DNA of 64,000 nucleotides from Cenococcum geophilum (lineage: Eukaryota): the NCBI GenBank assembly GCA_050273025.1, contig CP158636.1, positions 10,912,001-10,976,000 on the forward strand, in the 5' to 3' direction. The position numbers were made by a program, and so were the translations under genes. The notes under the pieces were generated by a model, which saw only the letters and a program-made list of their open reading frames with translations, was not told the origin of the DNA and did not search any database. Positions 47,291-60,450 of this stretch are shown piece by piece. How positions within the stretch are numbered: the first letter of the stretch is position 1; each line of letters begins with the position of its first letter.

Positions 47291-50200
47291 AAGACTTGTC
47301 CTGTGACAATTGAGGTAGGATTTCTATCAGGGTCTGCGTCCTTGACAATGAGGGGTCAGAGTCTGACGATAAGGTAGAATTTCTTCAAATGATTAAGTAA
47401 TAGCTGAATAGCTTCTTGAGTCGGCGGACCAGGCTTATAACTGTCACGAAACTCGTATTAAGCTGTTCATTGATGAAATGGGTTAATTAATTAATGATCT
47501 TGTCTTGAGGTTGATTTTGTGACCTGGGGCCCTCAAGCTACGATGAAGAGATTTACAATGCAGGTGCCCCGTACACGTAACTCGTGCACGGTCTACGCCA
47601 CCAGAGAATACATATTATCTAACAATAGCGCTAAAGGCTTAAATATAATCCCTTACGTCTATAGCCATTTAAGGGTTCTCCTTCTCCCTAGCTCGTTGTC
47701 TAATCTAATAGTGTTAACTTTAAGGTTATACCTTAGACAAATCCATTAGATAAAATCTTTAAGTACTTATAGTATTTCCTTCTCCTTACTATACGTCATC
47801 ATAAAATACGGGAAGGATCTTCCTAAGAAGGTGTCGTAGATAAGCATAACTCGTATAAATCTAGCATGCGCTTCCTTAAGGTTAGTCCAGTTAATATAGA
47901 GGTTAAAATAGGGTTTATTGTTTTTCTATTTTAAGAACCTTCTTAAGACCTAACGCTTAATTTTGGCGAGACTGCAATATTAACATTCTATTATCTTTAG
48001 GCCTTAAAGCTTAACTTTTAGGGCGTTAAGACCTAGATAATAAAGGCTTATAGGTCCTAAATAACCTAGACGCAGATACTATAGTCGTGTATTACCTTTC
48101 AAATCTAGATAAATATCTCTTAACGATGCTCTACGCTTCCGTTAATAGCGCAATAAACGGCTAATATTAAATGCGGATTTTAAGCTTCCTAATTAGATAT
48201 ATTTAATAGTCTATTATCTATAACGTTCTTTTATTTAATATAGGGTTATATCGTCCTTTTAAACTAGAAGATTATTATCTCCTTTATTGTCCTAGTAGTA
48301 CCCTTATTTTTAAAGTAGACGGAACAACACTAGGTTCGTATTAAAGTTTATATAAAAGGCAACGTCCTTAAGATATAGGATTCCTTTACTCTTATCTAGT
48401 TTTGTAACTTAGATAGTAATATTACCGTAGCCTAGTATAGAGACTTCTAAGCTGCCAGCGATAACATATTTATGTCTTAAAGCTTTCCTAAAATTATAAA
48501 AATAAAAAAGGTTATTAAAAATATAGAGAGTGGTTCCTAAGTTAAGAATAGTTAATAGCTTTAGTGGATGGAGTTAACCGGTTTAATACGATTCTAGGAA
48601 TATTGCATTAGCTTCTCCCTTAATCTTAACTTTTTAGCTCTCGTCCTATTATTATTAAGCCTCGTCTTCTTGTTCTTTAAGTCTGATCTTTATAACTTAG
48701 TTAGTAAGATTCTTATTCTTTTCTACCTTCTTTAGTGCCCTATTAATGCGAGCATCTTCTATTATAACTCCTACAGGTTTCTTATCTTTAAATAAACACT
48801 AATAGTCCCTAAGGGAGTGTCCTCGTATTCCACACGCTAAGCACTTAGGGGTTGGCTTCTTATAGGATGTTTCCTTATCTACTAGTATCCCGGCTCTCTT
48901 TAAGCGTCTATTATATACTAAGGCTCCTCTTTATAAACCTTTAATAGTATTAGAGTAACCCTTAATAGCTTACTCTGCGAAGTCTACATTAAAGGTACTC
49001 CCTCTTATAGTAGTATTAGCTTTTTTTAAGGGTCTTATAAGTCCTTCTTATAGCTCCTTTACTACTCTGCGGTATTTGGAAGATCTTAACTTCTATAAGT
49101 TATTTAACTCGGTAGTATACTTTACATAGTAGGCGTTGCTAAAAGGTTAAATAATATCTGCTAAATCTTAAAGCCAAATTCCTTCTAATATTTAAGGGAT
49201 CTTATACTTCTCTCCTAGTACTATTATATGTTCCCATTAATCTAGCTATAGGTTCAATTTTAACAACTATTTAAACCCCTTAAGGGCTTCCGTGTACTAG
49301 TATTGTACCTTCTTCTTAATAAATAATAAGGTAGGTTCGGTGTTCTCCTTTAGTTAAAATAGCTATTCTTTAACTGTTAAGGAAGGGTCAAGCAGTAGCT
49401 TCTTTTAAATTAATACTATAGACGTAATCTAGGTGCGTATCTATTGCAGATACTCTTCCTATTTTAGGAAGTACTTTATGTCTTAGTTATAATATTGTCT
49501 GCTATTCTTGTACGCCCTCTATTAATTTGTCGAGAGCTATATATATAAGGTTGCATTCTTATTAAAATCTATAACTTCTAGATAGGCTAGTTCTTATAGT
49601 AGACCTCGTTAAGGTACTATATTGTCTGGGTTAACGTAGGCCCAAATTCGTTTATCTATAAGGGCTTATAGTTACTAGATCCATTACTCCCAGTCTTCTA
49701 GCTTATTAAGGATAATTATGGTAGACGAACTTAACGGTGGAGTCATTTAACTAATAGGCAAAGGAGGAATTAAGATGGTATTTTTGTCGTTAGGATCGTC
49801 CTTGTCGTCAGGATCGTCCTTATCATCAGGATCGTCCTTGTCATCAGGATCGTCCTGTGACGATTGAGGTGGAATCTCGTGGAATCTCGTAGAATCTCGT
49901 GAAATCTTGTGGAATCTCGTCCTATAATAATTGAGGTAGGATTTCGATCAGGGTCGTCTTGTGACGATAAGGTGTCAGAGTCTAACGATAAGGTAGAATT
50001 TCTTCAAATGATTAAGTAATAGCTAAATAGCTTCTTAAGTCGGCGGACCGGGCTCATAACTGTCACAAAACTCGTATTAAGCTGTTCATTGATGAAATGG
50101 GTTGATTGATTAATGATCTTGACTTGAGGTTGTCCTGATGTAGGGGGCCCCTAGGGCCCTAAAGAGATTTACAATACACGTACACGTGACTCGTGCACGG

Positions 50201-51632
50201 ACTACGCCTCCAGAGAATACAGATTATCTAACACTTATATAAGGCTTTAGCTCGTCAGTAGGTATGGTAGCTAGAGACATACCTTTATATTATATTATAT
50301 ATATTCGGCTAATAATACTCCCGTTAGAGTAGTTCTAGGGTCTTTTTTTAGCCTAGGTGGCCGGCGACAGGTAAATCGTATACGTGTTTAAGGAGTTTAA
50401 GTTTAAGCTTATTATAATTAGGGATAACTAGACGATTTTGGTAATATAAGCGGTTTCCGTAGGCTTTGCATTTACTTAAAAAAAATCTTTTCAGAGCGTC
50501 TGATGCTATCTTATATTAGCTTAAGCGTCTCTTAGATAAACTCGTTATTTAGGTATTTATTAACTATAATCTATTTAATCAATCGATTAGTTATTTTAAG
50601 GACGTATACCATAAGGTCTTTAGTAGGAGGGTTAAATAGTTTAGGGCGAAGTAGGGTCTGATTTCGGTAAAAGCGCGCTTCTTTTAGGGCTGGCGCGTTT
50701 TGCAAGCGTTAGGTTAGGGTATTAGGCTTCTAACCTTAAATATCTAAGCGGTACGTAATTAAGAATTAAAAATAAGACAGATATTCTAACTAATAGGCCT
50801 AATAATAACTTAGCTATTTTGTGGTTATAAAGTACTATAGGTTCTTATAGTCGCTAAGGACCTTAATTGGAAATCCAGCGCCTTCTAGTTTGGGTTGCTA
50901 TTGTTTAAAACACCTAATAATAGCTAATAATTCCTTATCGTAGATCTCGTAGTTGCATTTAGCTGGGCTTAGTTATTTTAAGAAGTATACTATAGGGTGT
51001 AATACTCTATCCTCGTTATATTAAGATAGGGTGCCTTTAGTAACGTAGTTAGATAAGTCGGCTTTTATAACACTTATTTAGTTTAGGTTAAAGTATTAAA
51101 GTATAGGCGCAGTAGTAAATATAACCTTTAGATAGGTAAAGGCCTTCTTATATTCCTTATTAAAGATAAAGACTTTATCCTTTTAGGTTAAAGCTACGAG
51201 GGGTAAAACCAGGGCGGAGAAGTTATTAATAAACCGTTAGTAGAAATTAGCAAATCCTATAAAGGCTCTTACGTCCTTAACGTTCTTAGGTTCTTACCAG
51301 TTTATAATTACTTTAACTTTCTTTAGGTCTATTTATATACCGTTTATAAAAATAAGGAGTCTAAAGTATAGAACTTCCGTTTTATAAAACTCGCATTTAT
51401 CTATATTTAATTGTAGACTAGCTCTATATAGGGCTTATAGGATAAGGTTAACGTATTTCCAATATTCGGTTAGGTTATTACTGTATATTAGGATGTCGTT
51501 AATATAAGTAGTATAGAAGATGTCTAGGTAGGGGCGTAGGGTATTATTTATATAATGTTAAAACGAGCTCGGAGCGTTTACGAGGCCGAAGGGTATTACT
51601 AAGTACTTAAATAGTCTATATCGGGTACAAAA

Positions 51633-51831
51633 TGTTACGGCTCGTACAAATGCCTCTGAACCGAAGCTTGTAGAATGCTGTATTACGAAGATACTAAGCT
51701 AAGGAGCAGAAGAAGGTTGAGGAAAGGACAGGTCTATATACACGAGCCAAGTCTCTAAGCGAGCCCCTAACTAGGTCCCCTGTCTAGGTTGCATGTAAAC
51801 ATCGTAGGGGCGGTGCCCCAGCGCCGTCACA
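51633..51831. mobile_element. Solo LTR (199 bp) inserted in element 4 RT
   Basis: TGTTACGG...CCGTCACA termini, TSD CAAAA. It splits the TAF-x-TRYxLF RT motif. Confidence 0.88.
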
Positions 51832-53651
51832 CAAAATGCAGTAAGCTATTTGTCCCCTTTTATAATGCGGAGACGGTTAAATATAGAGATAATATCGAGC
51901 TTTATGTAGTAACGAGCCTTACTTAGTTAGTTTAGCGTCTCTTTTATTAACGGGATCGGATATCAGTTCTTGACGGTAATGGTATTAAGAGCTCGGTAGT
52001 CTATATAGAAGCGCAGACCGCCGCTAGGTTTCTTGACAAAGATCACTAGTATAGCTATAGGCGACAAGCTTGCTCTAATAAATCCTTTGCTTAGGTTCTC
52101 GTCTAAATACTTTTATAATACTTAGAGTTTATTTTAGGATATTCCGTATAAGGGTTTAAATCCAGACTGCTTTCCTTCTTTAAGTATAATCTTATAGTCG
52201 TATAGTTGATATTCTAGTAGCTTATTAGCTTCCTTTTATAAAAATGTATCTAGGCGATAATAATACTCTATTAATACCTTTATGGCAGGGTTGGTGTACT
52301 TCTTTAGTGCTAAGGCCTTTTTAATATCGGCTATCGTAATAGCGAAGATTGTATGCTCGGGTTTCTTAGCAAGTTGCGCTAGTAGGGTAGCTCTAATTAT
52401 ACAGATATCTAGGGTGCTAAGCTCGCTTGGATTGTCTATAGTTTCTTATTTAGGTTTAGGTTTGGTATTAGGTACAAAGTTAGTATTAGATTTAGGTTCG
52501 AGTTCTTTAAGAATCCTTTTTATAGTGGAATACCAGTCCTTTTAGTATTTTCGTATATAGAGCTTAAGCTTTTGCTTAGCTCGGGGCGATATAGTGCTTA
52601 GTAATAACTTATGGAATTTAGTAGAGTTCCTAGGTTGGTGGAATCTGGTGGATTCCTTAGGTATAGGGTAAACAGTTATAGAAATTTTAGACTGGTGGAT
52701 TCTGGTGGATTTTTCAGATTTTAGTTCTAGGTTTAAGTAGCGAGTTATAAGGCACTTCTGCTTGCAACGGGAGGCAGTAAATAGAAGCTTAAGGTTATCC
52801 TAATTGATAGTTACCTTATATAGCTTTATTTAGGGTTGTCCTAGGATTACTAAGTAACCTAGGGTGGTAATGAAAAGTTTAATTAATTCTTTATAGTTTA
52901 GGTATCGGAGTCTTAGGAATACTACGTAGGTAATACAGCCTAAGACGGTGCGTTTACTATTAAATCTAAATACGTTAATATGCCGGTTAAGGGGGGTTAG
53001 GGTAAAATTATTATCTTACGCAAAGATCTTATTAATAAATCCTATGCCGCTAGCTCCTATATTAATTAGGATTTAAGTATTAGCCTATTAACTATTCTGC
53101 CGAAGACGGCAGTTAATAGTTATACTATAGTCCTAAGAGTTAGAGTTCGTAACGTTAAATGTATTTAATGAGATCCTATAGCAGAGCCGTCCCAGAGAGC
53201 GACTTAGCTCTAAGACCTTCCTTTTAGAGGCAATTAGGGTGGGGTTCTTATAGAACGTTAGCTGTAGCTTTGTCCTTATAAATAGTGCTTACTAAATATA
53301 GGGCTGGAACTAGGTAAAGATTAGGGATAGTAACCGGAAGATTAATGCGGTAAACGGCTACTAGTATTAGCCGTTTATAATTCGTGTTTAGGTATAGGGA
53401 TGGAGCAGTAGTTAGAAAGGTGGGAGATACTTCTATATTTAAAGCAGAGGCCTAGCTTAATGCGTTATTCTTATTTAAAGGACCCTAGTAGGGCGTATCC
53501 TAGGGTCCTGGTGTCAATATCTATAGCGTTAGGGTGCTTAGGCTAAGAAGATAACTTAGCTAAGGCTTATAGGGCTGTCGTGTTGTATTAAGGGGTGGAT
53601 TTCGGTATCAGACGTAGTATATCATTATACCGTTTATTAATAATATTTATA

Positions 53652-55754
53652 TATCAGCATTTTATTAGGGTGCCAAGATCCTAGAGGCCTCCTAACAGGA
53701 TTTTGATTGTCCTGGAGGTCCTGGAGGTCCTAACAGGCTCCTGACAGGCTCCTGGCAGGATTTTGATTTTCCTAATCGTCCTGTCAGGGTCCTGTCAGGT
53801 CCTAACAGGAAACCAGTATTTCCTGATCGTCCTAATAGACTCCTAACAGGAAACTAGTATTTCCTAATCGTCCTAACAGGCTCCTAACAGGCTCCTAACA
53901 GGAAACTAGTATTTCCTGATCGTCCTGTCAGGTTCCTGGCAGGATACCCCCTAAGCGACACCTCTCCTAATACCCCCCCAAAGCGACACCTCTCCTGATA
54001 CCCCCCCAAAGCGACACCTATGCACAGACCCCTCAAGCAACACCCCAATGCGACACCCCCCCACCTTAGGTGCGCGCGCGCGCGCGACACATAGTGCTAT
54101 CGGGCGCGACATAGAGTATCGGGTCCCCGCTATATTCCTAATAGCCTACACGTGCCTCTGCCAAGTTACCCCCTTTATAGCCACCTTATTTTTTTACCCT
54201 TCCTTACATCCTCCCTACCTTAGGAGGCACTAGAACAGCAGCTAGCAGAGGACCGTCGCTAGAACTAGACGACCGTTGCCAGAACCAGACGACCGTCGCC
54301 AGAACTAGACGACCGTTGCTAGAACCAGATGACCGTCCTAGAGCTAGACAACCATTACCAGAACCAGACAACCGTTACCAGAACTAGACGACGACCTTTT
54401 AAATAACTAGCCGGCGAATACCATAAACGATTTAATTGATCGATTAATCGATCGAATTAAACCAGAGCTTTGATATCGGCCCATTATCGAATCAAATTAA
54501 GGTCTCCTAGGGAGGCACCCTAGACAACCACCGTTCGAATATACAGCTAGCGAACGGCCATAGAGAACGATCTAAATTAATTAGAGCCTTTAATTAGGCC
54601 GACCCCTCCCCCAAATTAAATTGGATACTAACATAGGCAGGCAGACAGGAGGTAGGTAGGAGAGGACCATCGCCAGAACCAGAGACCGTCGCCAGAACCA
54701 CAACCGTCGTTAGAGCCAGACGACCGTCGCCAGAGCCAGACGACCATCGCCAGAGCCAGACGATAATCGTTCGAACGACCAGCTAGCAAACACCACAATC
54801 GATTCAATCGATCGATTAAATCGAACTAGAGCCTTAATATCAGCCCGTTACCAAATTAAATCGAATTAAGGCCTCCTAAGGAGGCACCCCAGACGACCAT
54901 CGTTTAAACGTATAGCCAGCGAACGCCTATAGAGAACGATTCGAATTAATACAATTAATCGAATTAAGCAGAACCTTTAATCGGGCCGACCTCTCCCCCA
55001 AATTACAGATACAGACAGGTAGGCATAGACAAGTAGGGACGACAGGCGGGCATAGATAGGTAGGCACAGACAGGTAGGCACAAATAGGTAGGACGGTAAG
55101 ACAGGCAAGACAGGTAGGACAGGTAGGACAGGCAGGACAGGTAGGATAGGCAGGATAGGCAGGACAGGCAGGACAGGCAGGATAGGCAGGACAGGCAAGA
55201 CAGGCAGGACAGGCAGGACAGGCAGGACAGGCAGGGACAGGCAGGGACAGGCAGGACAAGTGGGACAGGCAGGCACTAGGCCTAGTTAGGAAATCAGCAC
55301 ATAGCCGGCGGATCATCGGGAACACCGCCAATCGACGATTTGGGGCCTCCACGAGAGGCTCCTTAGTTAATCGCCCGACGTCCGAGCGATTATAGAGCTC
55401 CTATAACAGACGCAGGCAGTAGGCAGGAAAGATTAATTTGGATTATTTAGATTATATAATTAAATCAATTTTGTATTTTTTGACTAGCTGTAAATACTAG
55501 AGTGTTAATATACCTTATTTTTAAATCTAGAATTTATATTGTTGTCCTAATGGTCCTAATAGTCCTGATAGTCCTGATGGTCCTAGAGGTCCTGGAGGTC
55601 CTGGAGGTCCTGGTAGTCCTGGTGGTCCGGGCGACCTCCTGACAGGTTCCTGGCAGGATGCCGAGTGTGAGTGTCTCCTAGAGCTCCTGACAGCCCTGAC
55701 AGGAGCTGTCAGGAGCTGTCAGTACTGTCAGGAGGCACAAACATTTTGCTGATG
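53652..55754. mobile_element. Non-autonomous TIR DNA element (CACTA/CMC-like) inserted in element 4 gag
   Basis: Termini (C/T)ATCAGCA...TGCTGATG. A 3-bp TSD ATA is inferred by rejoining the gag frame (NAYINIINKRY). Dense subterminal CCTGACAGG-like repeats at both ends; the interior is mainly tandem repeats. Confidence 0.65.
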
Positions 55755-57399
55755 ATATAGGCGTTAAGGGTTTCCGGTAGGTCTACGCCTACTAAAAAGA
55801 TCTTTAGTTTAGGGCTTAGAGACTTAACGAGGCTATTAATTAGTATAGAGTCATTCTAGCCTGTTTCCTTTACGTAGTAGTTAAATTCGGAGAAGTATAC
55901 TAGCAAACTTTTCTTTTCTTAAGTTATATAGTTTATCTTTCTTTAAGCGGTGGCTTGGCGGTTTAGGTTACTATATATAGCTTTAAGAAGTGTAACTAGG
56001 CTTTATACTAAGTTTAGCTAAAGAGGTTTAATAAGGTTAGCTACGTCTCCTTTTAGTTAACTTAGGGCGTAATAGAGTTAGTTAGCTTTAGTTAGGTAGC
56101 GGTTAGCATTACTAGTTAGCTTATTCTTAAGCTAGCTTAGGAATAACTATAGCTCTTATTGTTTACTAGTAAATACTAGGGGGTCTAGCAGTTTCTTAGA
56201 TTATTATAGTGCAGTAGTCGGCTCTATAGGGTGAGTTACTACTACTAATTCGGGGCTTGCGTTCCGCGTGTTTATCTCCGGAGATAGTGTTCGGTCTTAA
56301 GGCCCTAATATAGGCATCTTAAGAATGCGGACTTCTTCTTAAAGTGCTTTAATTAATTATTATTATCGTGCTTCTTATTCGGCTTATTATTAAGTTAAAG
56401 TAGCTTAGTGCTATATAAGGGCGTCTGTAAAGGACTTTTATATACCTACTAATTGTTCTTAGAGTGTAGTTATAATAGCATCGGCCATTATAGGGGTTTT
56501 AGGGTCGTTCTGCATTTTAGAGGATAGTGTGAGTTTTAACGCAACGTAGTGTTACGAAGTAAGTACGAGTGGTGGTAATATATAACGAAGTAGATATTAT
56601 TAAGCTATGTATATAAACTATGTAATAAAGTTAAGACGTTATGTAAGAAAAGAAGGTAGGAAAACGGGAAGAAAGGGCATATATTGTTAACTTAGTTACT
56701 TAGTTAACACGTGCATAGGCAGAATAGGGTTTAGGTTATAGTCCTAGCAGAACTTGGCAGAATATAGCAGAATGCCGTAGATTGCCGTTAGATTGCCATT
56801 AGATTGCCATTTCGCGGTTGGTCTCTAATTACTAAGTCGGTAAAAACAGGTAGACGTATGTAAGGTGTTATAGGGGTGTCCCGTAACACCTACTTAGAAG
56901 CCCCTTATTTAATAAAGGTAATCTCTAGTTCTTAACTTCGCTACCGCGCTAATAGAATCTCCGTTTGCTCTAACGGATTAAATCATTTTAGCACGCCTTA
57001 GTGCTAATCTTAAGAGGATAAATAGGATATACTGCTAGGTATACTACTACCTTGGCTAGAATAATAGATATAGTATTTAACAGACTGGAAAGACTAGGAA
57101 GTCTTAAAGTTATCTTTCTAAAGCCGTATTGTCCTTGCTACTATATTATTAAGGTTACTACTTTTAGTAATAGACTTTTAAGTGCTAACTATACTACGGC
57201 GTTTTTTATATTTTATAAATCTAGGAGCATCCTAATCTAAGTTTATTTTATACTCTTAGGAAAGAGGAGGCGCAGCTAGTAGTTTATTAGTTCTATTCTT
57301 ACCTAGTAGGCGGCTACTAGTTCCTACCGGACGGACTATTACTGCTACTATAAATAGTATAAATATAAACGGGAGCTAATGGGATAAGGGTAAATATAA

Positions 57400-60300
57400 G
57401 TGGCTCTAGTACAGAAATAGAATTAGCATAGCCGTTGTCTAGGCTAGCAGATATTAGCAACCTTTTTATTACTAAGATAACTAATCTTCTTTATAAAGAT
57501 AACCTCCTTAATACGCTCTTCTTAATAGCCTTAAATAATAAGTCGATTATAGAGGATAAGCTTTAGCGTAACTTTTGCCGTATTTTTATGAGTATAGACG
57601 CAATCTTAAAGATAAAGCGGAGTCCGAAGAGTAATTAGCGGCCGCCGGCTTTATTAGATATTATTTATTGCTAGCGTTAAGGAACATCTACTAAAGGGTC
57701 GCAAGCTACTTAGACGACTTGCGGTTTAAGTCCCTTAAAGAACGCGTTAAGTAGATAGAAATAATTAACAAGGTTAATCGCTCTTATAAGGAATTTAATA
57801 ACGCACCTAAAGAAATAACTATAACTCCGAACCTAGATAAAGAGGTAGAATATAATATTAATATACTGTATCTATACTATAAATCTCTTATAGAATTGTC
57901 TAACGCAAAGGAGTTTTTAGTATCTAAAAATGCTTTTGCCTTACTAAGAGAGAGTCTATATAATTTTATTAATCTATCCTTTTAGATAAGACTAATAAAA
58001 ATTATAGATAAATATAGGAGGCTAGAGAATAAGGACGATAAGTTCCGCTTTAACGGTGACCTATATAGTCTTATAGTGGAATTGCTAAATAGTAACCCGA
58101 GTTGCATTAGATAGACTAACCGCGAGGGGACTAGCTAGAGCGACATTCTTAAATAGAAAATTAAAGGCTAGACGAGAGAGAAATGGGACTAGTGGCCGTT
58201 TAAGCCTCTATAATAGCAGCTTCGTCCTAGAGAGGCACGGCTATACTAGATATATATAAGTAGCAACTCTTAAACCTATCCTATAGTAAATATAAGTCTA
58301 ATATCTTAAAGAAGTATAGGGAGCAACGATAGGCAGAAGTCCCTATAGGGTTTGCGAGGGCGGTAACTTAAAGTGCTTAAGCTTATCTAACCCGTCGCTA
58401 ACTAGTTATATATCCTAGTTCGGCCCAGCCTCCCTAGGCGGCTTACTTAAAGTAACTGCTATTATCTATAAGTATGCTAAGTAGTAAAGCTGCGGAAGGT
58501 TTTACTAAGGGCACCTAAGCAGATAATAGATTTAGGTCGCCCTTAAGAAATCCTTACCTTAGAGCTAATCTAAATATAAACACTAGTACTACTTCTTTAC
58601 CTCTTACTTCCTAACGCGTATTTCTCCTAGTAGTAAAGAGGTAATAGCACTTTTTCTTAATTAGCGCGGCACTGAAGTTAAAATCACTAAAGAGGTAGTT
58701 AAAGTAGCAGCTAGGAACCAGAGCAGTAGTAAGAAGGTAATAGCACTACTCTTTAATTAGTGCGGCACTAAGGTTAAAATTACTAAAGAGGTAGTTAAAG
58801 TAATAGCTAGAAACCAGTTTAATAGCAAGGAGGTAATAGCACTACTCCTTAATCAGCGCGGCACTAAGGTTAAGATCACTAAAGAGGTAGTTAAAGTAGT
58901 AGCTAGAAACTAGATTAGTGGCAAGGGGGTAATAATACTGCTCCTTAATTAGCGCGGCACTAAGGTTAAGATTACTAAAGAGGTGGTTAAAGTAGTAGCT
59001 AGGAACCAATTTAGTAGCAAGGAGGTAATAGCACTACTTCTTAATTAGCGCGGTACCAAGGTTAAGATTACTAAAGAGGTAGTTAAAGCAGCAGCTAGGA
59101 ACCAGTATAGTAGTAAGGAGGTAATAGCACTGCTTCTCAATTAGCGTAGTACCGAGGTTAAGATTATTAAAAAGGCGGTTAAAGCAGCAGCTGGGAACTG
59201 GAGCAGTAGTAAGGAGGTAATAGCACTTCTTCTTAATTAGCGTGGCACTAAGGTTAAGATTACTAAAGAGGTAGTTAAAGTAGTAGCTAAAAACCGGAGT
59301 AATGGTAAAGAGGTAATAGCACTGCTCCTTAGTTAGCGCAGTAATGGGATTATAGTTACCCCTTAGTTAGTCCAGACGCTTATAAAATTATTTAATACGC
59401 TAGCTATAAAAGCGCTTCTTACGTACTATAGTAATGAGGTTAAGATTACTAAAGAGGTAGTTAAAGCAGCAGTTAGGAACTGGAGTAGTAGTAAAAAGGT
59501 AATAGCATTACTTCTTAATTAGTATAGTACCGAAGTTAAGATTACTAAAGAGGTAGTTAAAGTAGCAGTTAGGAACTAGAACAGTAGCGAGGGGGTAATA
59601 GCACTGCTTCTTAATTAGTACGGCACTAAGGTTAAGATTATTAAAGAGGCAGTTAAAGCAGCAGCTAGGAACGGGGGCAGTAGTAAAGAGGTAATAGCAC
59701 TACTTTTTAATTAACGCGGTACCGAGGTTAAGATTACTAAAGAGGTGGTTAAAGAGGCAGCTTCTAACAAGTTTAGAAGTTATAAGGTAATTAAATACCT
59801 CCATTAAACTATTGGCATAAAAGTCACTGTTAGGGCGATTAAAGCAGCTACCACTAGTGGTTAGGAACAAGTCCTTTATCTCTTTAATTAGTGGGATAGC
59901 ATTAGCAGTAACAAAGAGAGCTAGCTTAAAATCTCACTCCTTTACAACGCCGTAAAAAATGGAGACGCCGTAACTATTCGTAAGCTTATCAATAATAGTA
60001 TTTTTCCAAATAAGCAGAATATCCGTAAGGTAACTCCTTTATAGACCGCATCTTTAGGCGGGTATAAAGCAGTGGTTTAGGTTCTTCTAGCAACTAATAC
60101 TATTAACGTTAACGTACGGAGCGTGTTTGGGCGGACTCTATTATTCTAGGCCGCAGCAAAAGGCCACTCTAAAGTGGTACAGTTGCTCCTAGACTATAAT
60201 GCTAAACAAAATTATATAGACAAGGACGGCAGATTACCACTTTCTGTTACTTAGCTTTACCGTCAAGCTAATATAATAGACATTCTTACTAAGTATAATA

Positions 60301-60450
60301 TACACTTACTAGGCAAATAGACAGATTAGGTAAACAGTAAAGCTACTAAAGTACGTTATTAAGATCGAACTAACTATACTAGCTAAGCAACCCCTAAGTC
60401 GGCTAAAGGGCATACTTAGCATCCACACACTAGGTAAGTAAGTTAGACTA
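57400..60450 (+). pseudogene. RIP-degraded gene with a 96-bp (32-aa) ankyrin-like tandem array followed by classical ankyrin repeats
   Basis: Units ITKEVVKAAAGNxxSxKEVIALLLN*RGTKVK (consensus ITEEVVKAAAGN...GKEVMALLLDQRG) at 96-bp spacing from 58686 to ~59760. GRTLLF*AAAKGHSEVVQLLL-like ankyrin at ~60130. Upstream WD*WPFKP motif at ~58183 and a probable intron at ~58256-58311. Confidence 0.75.

Larger units (their letters stand above)
34111..47624 (-). mobile_element. Ty1/Copia retrotransposon B (same family as A) nested in Copia A
   Basis: 183-bp LTRs at 34111-34293 and 47442-47624, TSD ATAGC. Its pol is nearly identical to Copia A apart from RIP changes. Confidence 0.93.
31104..50233 (-). 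mobile_element. Ty1/Copia retrotransposon A nested in element 4 integrase
   Basis: 173-bp LTRs at 31104-31276 and 50061-50233, TSD CTTAT, PBS GTTATGAGCCC at 50050-50060. RT YVDDI at ~32517-32531 and RNase H IADGL at ~31497-31512, with integrase-before-RT order. Confidence 0.93.
29574..56888 (-). mobile_element. Ty3/Gypsy retrotransposon 4 (outer host of the nest)
   Basis: LTRs at 29574-29932 (359 bp) and 56550-56888 (339 bp), differing by two 10-bp repeat units. TSD CCTAC; PPT at ~29933-29945. Integrase at 30100-31100, RT/RNase H at 50700-52200, protease at ~53050, gag at 53300-56500. Confidence 0.9.

Noticed and set aside
47094..47348. 84-aa ORF with TTRTLL repeats
   Set aside because: Translation of the 18-bp repeat in the Copia leader.
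54250..54765. Regular 20-bp repeats resembling a CRISPR array
   Set aside because: Head-to-tail units with no unique spacers, no cas genes, and a eukaryotic context.
54927..55352. Cys-rich (CPA)n and (PVL)n ORFs resembling metallothionein
   Set aside because: They are translations of a 9-bp tandem repeat inside a non-coding element and lack ATG starts.
19113..57240. Short ORF-track entries within the TE nest as independent genes
   Set aside because: They are chance frames or stop-bounded fragments of RIPed gag/pol (e.g. 32646-32855 is Copia RT).
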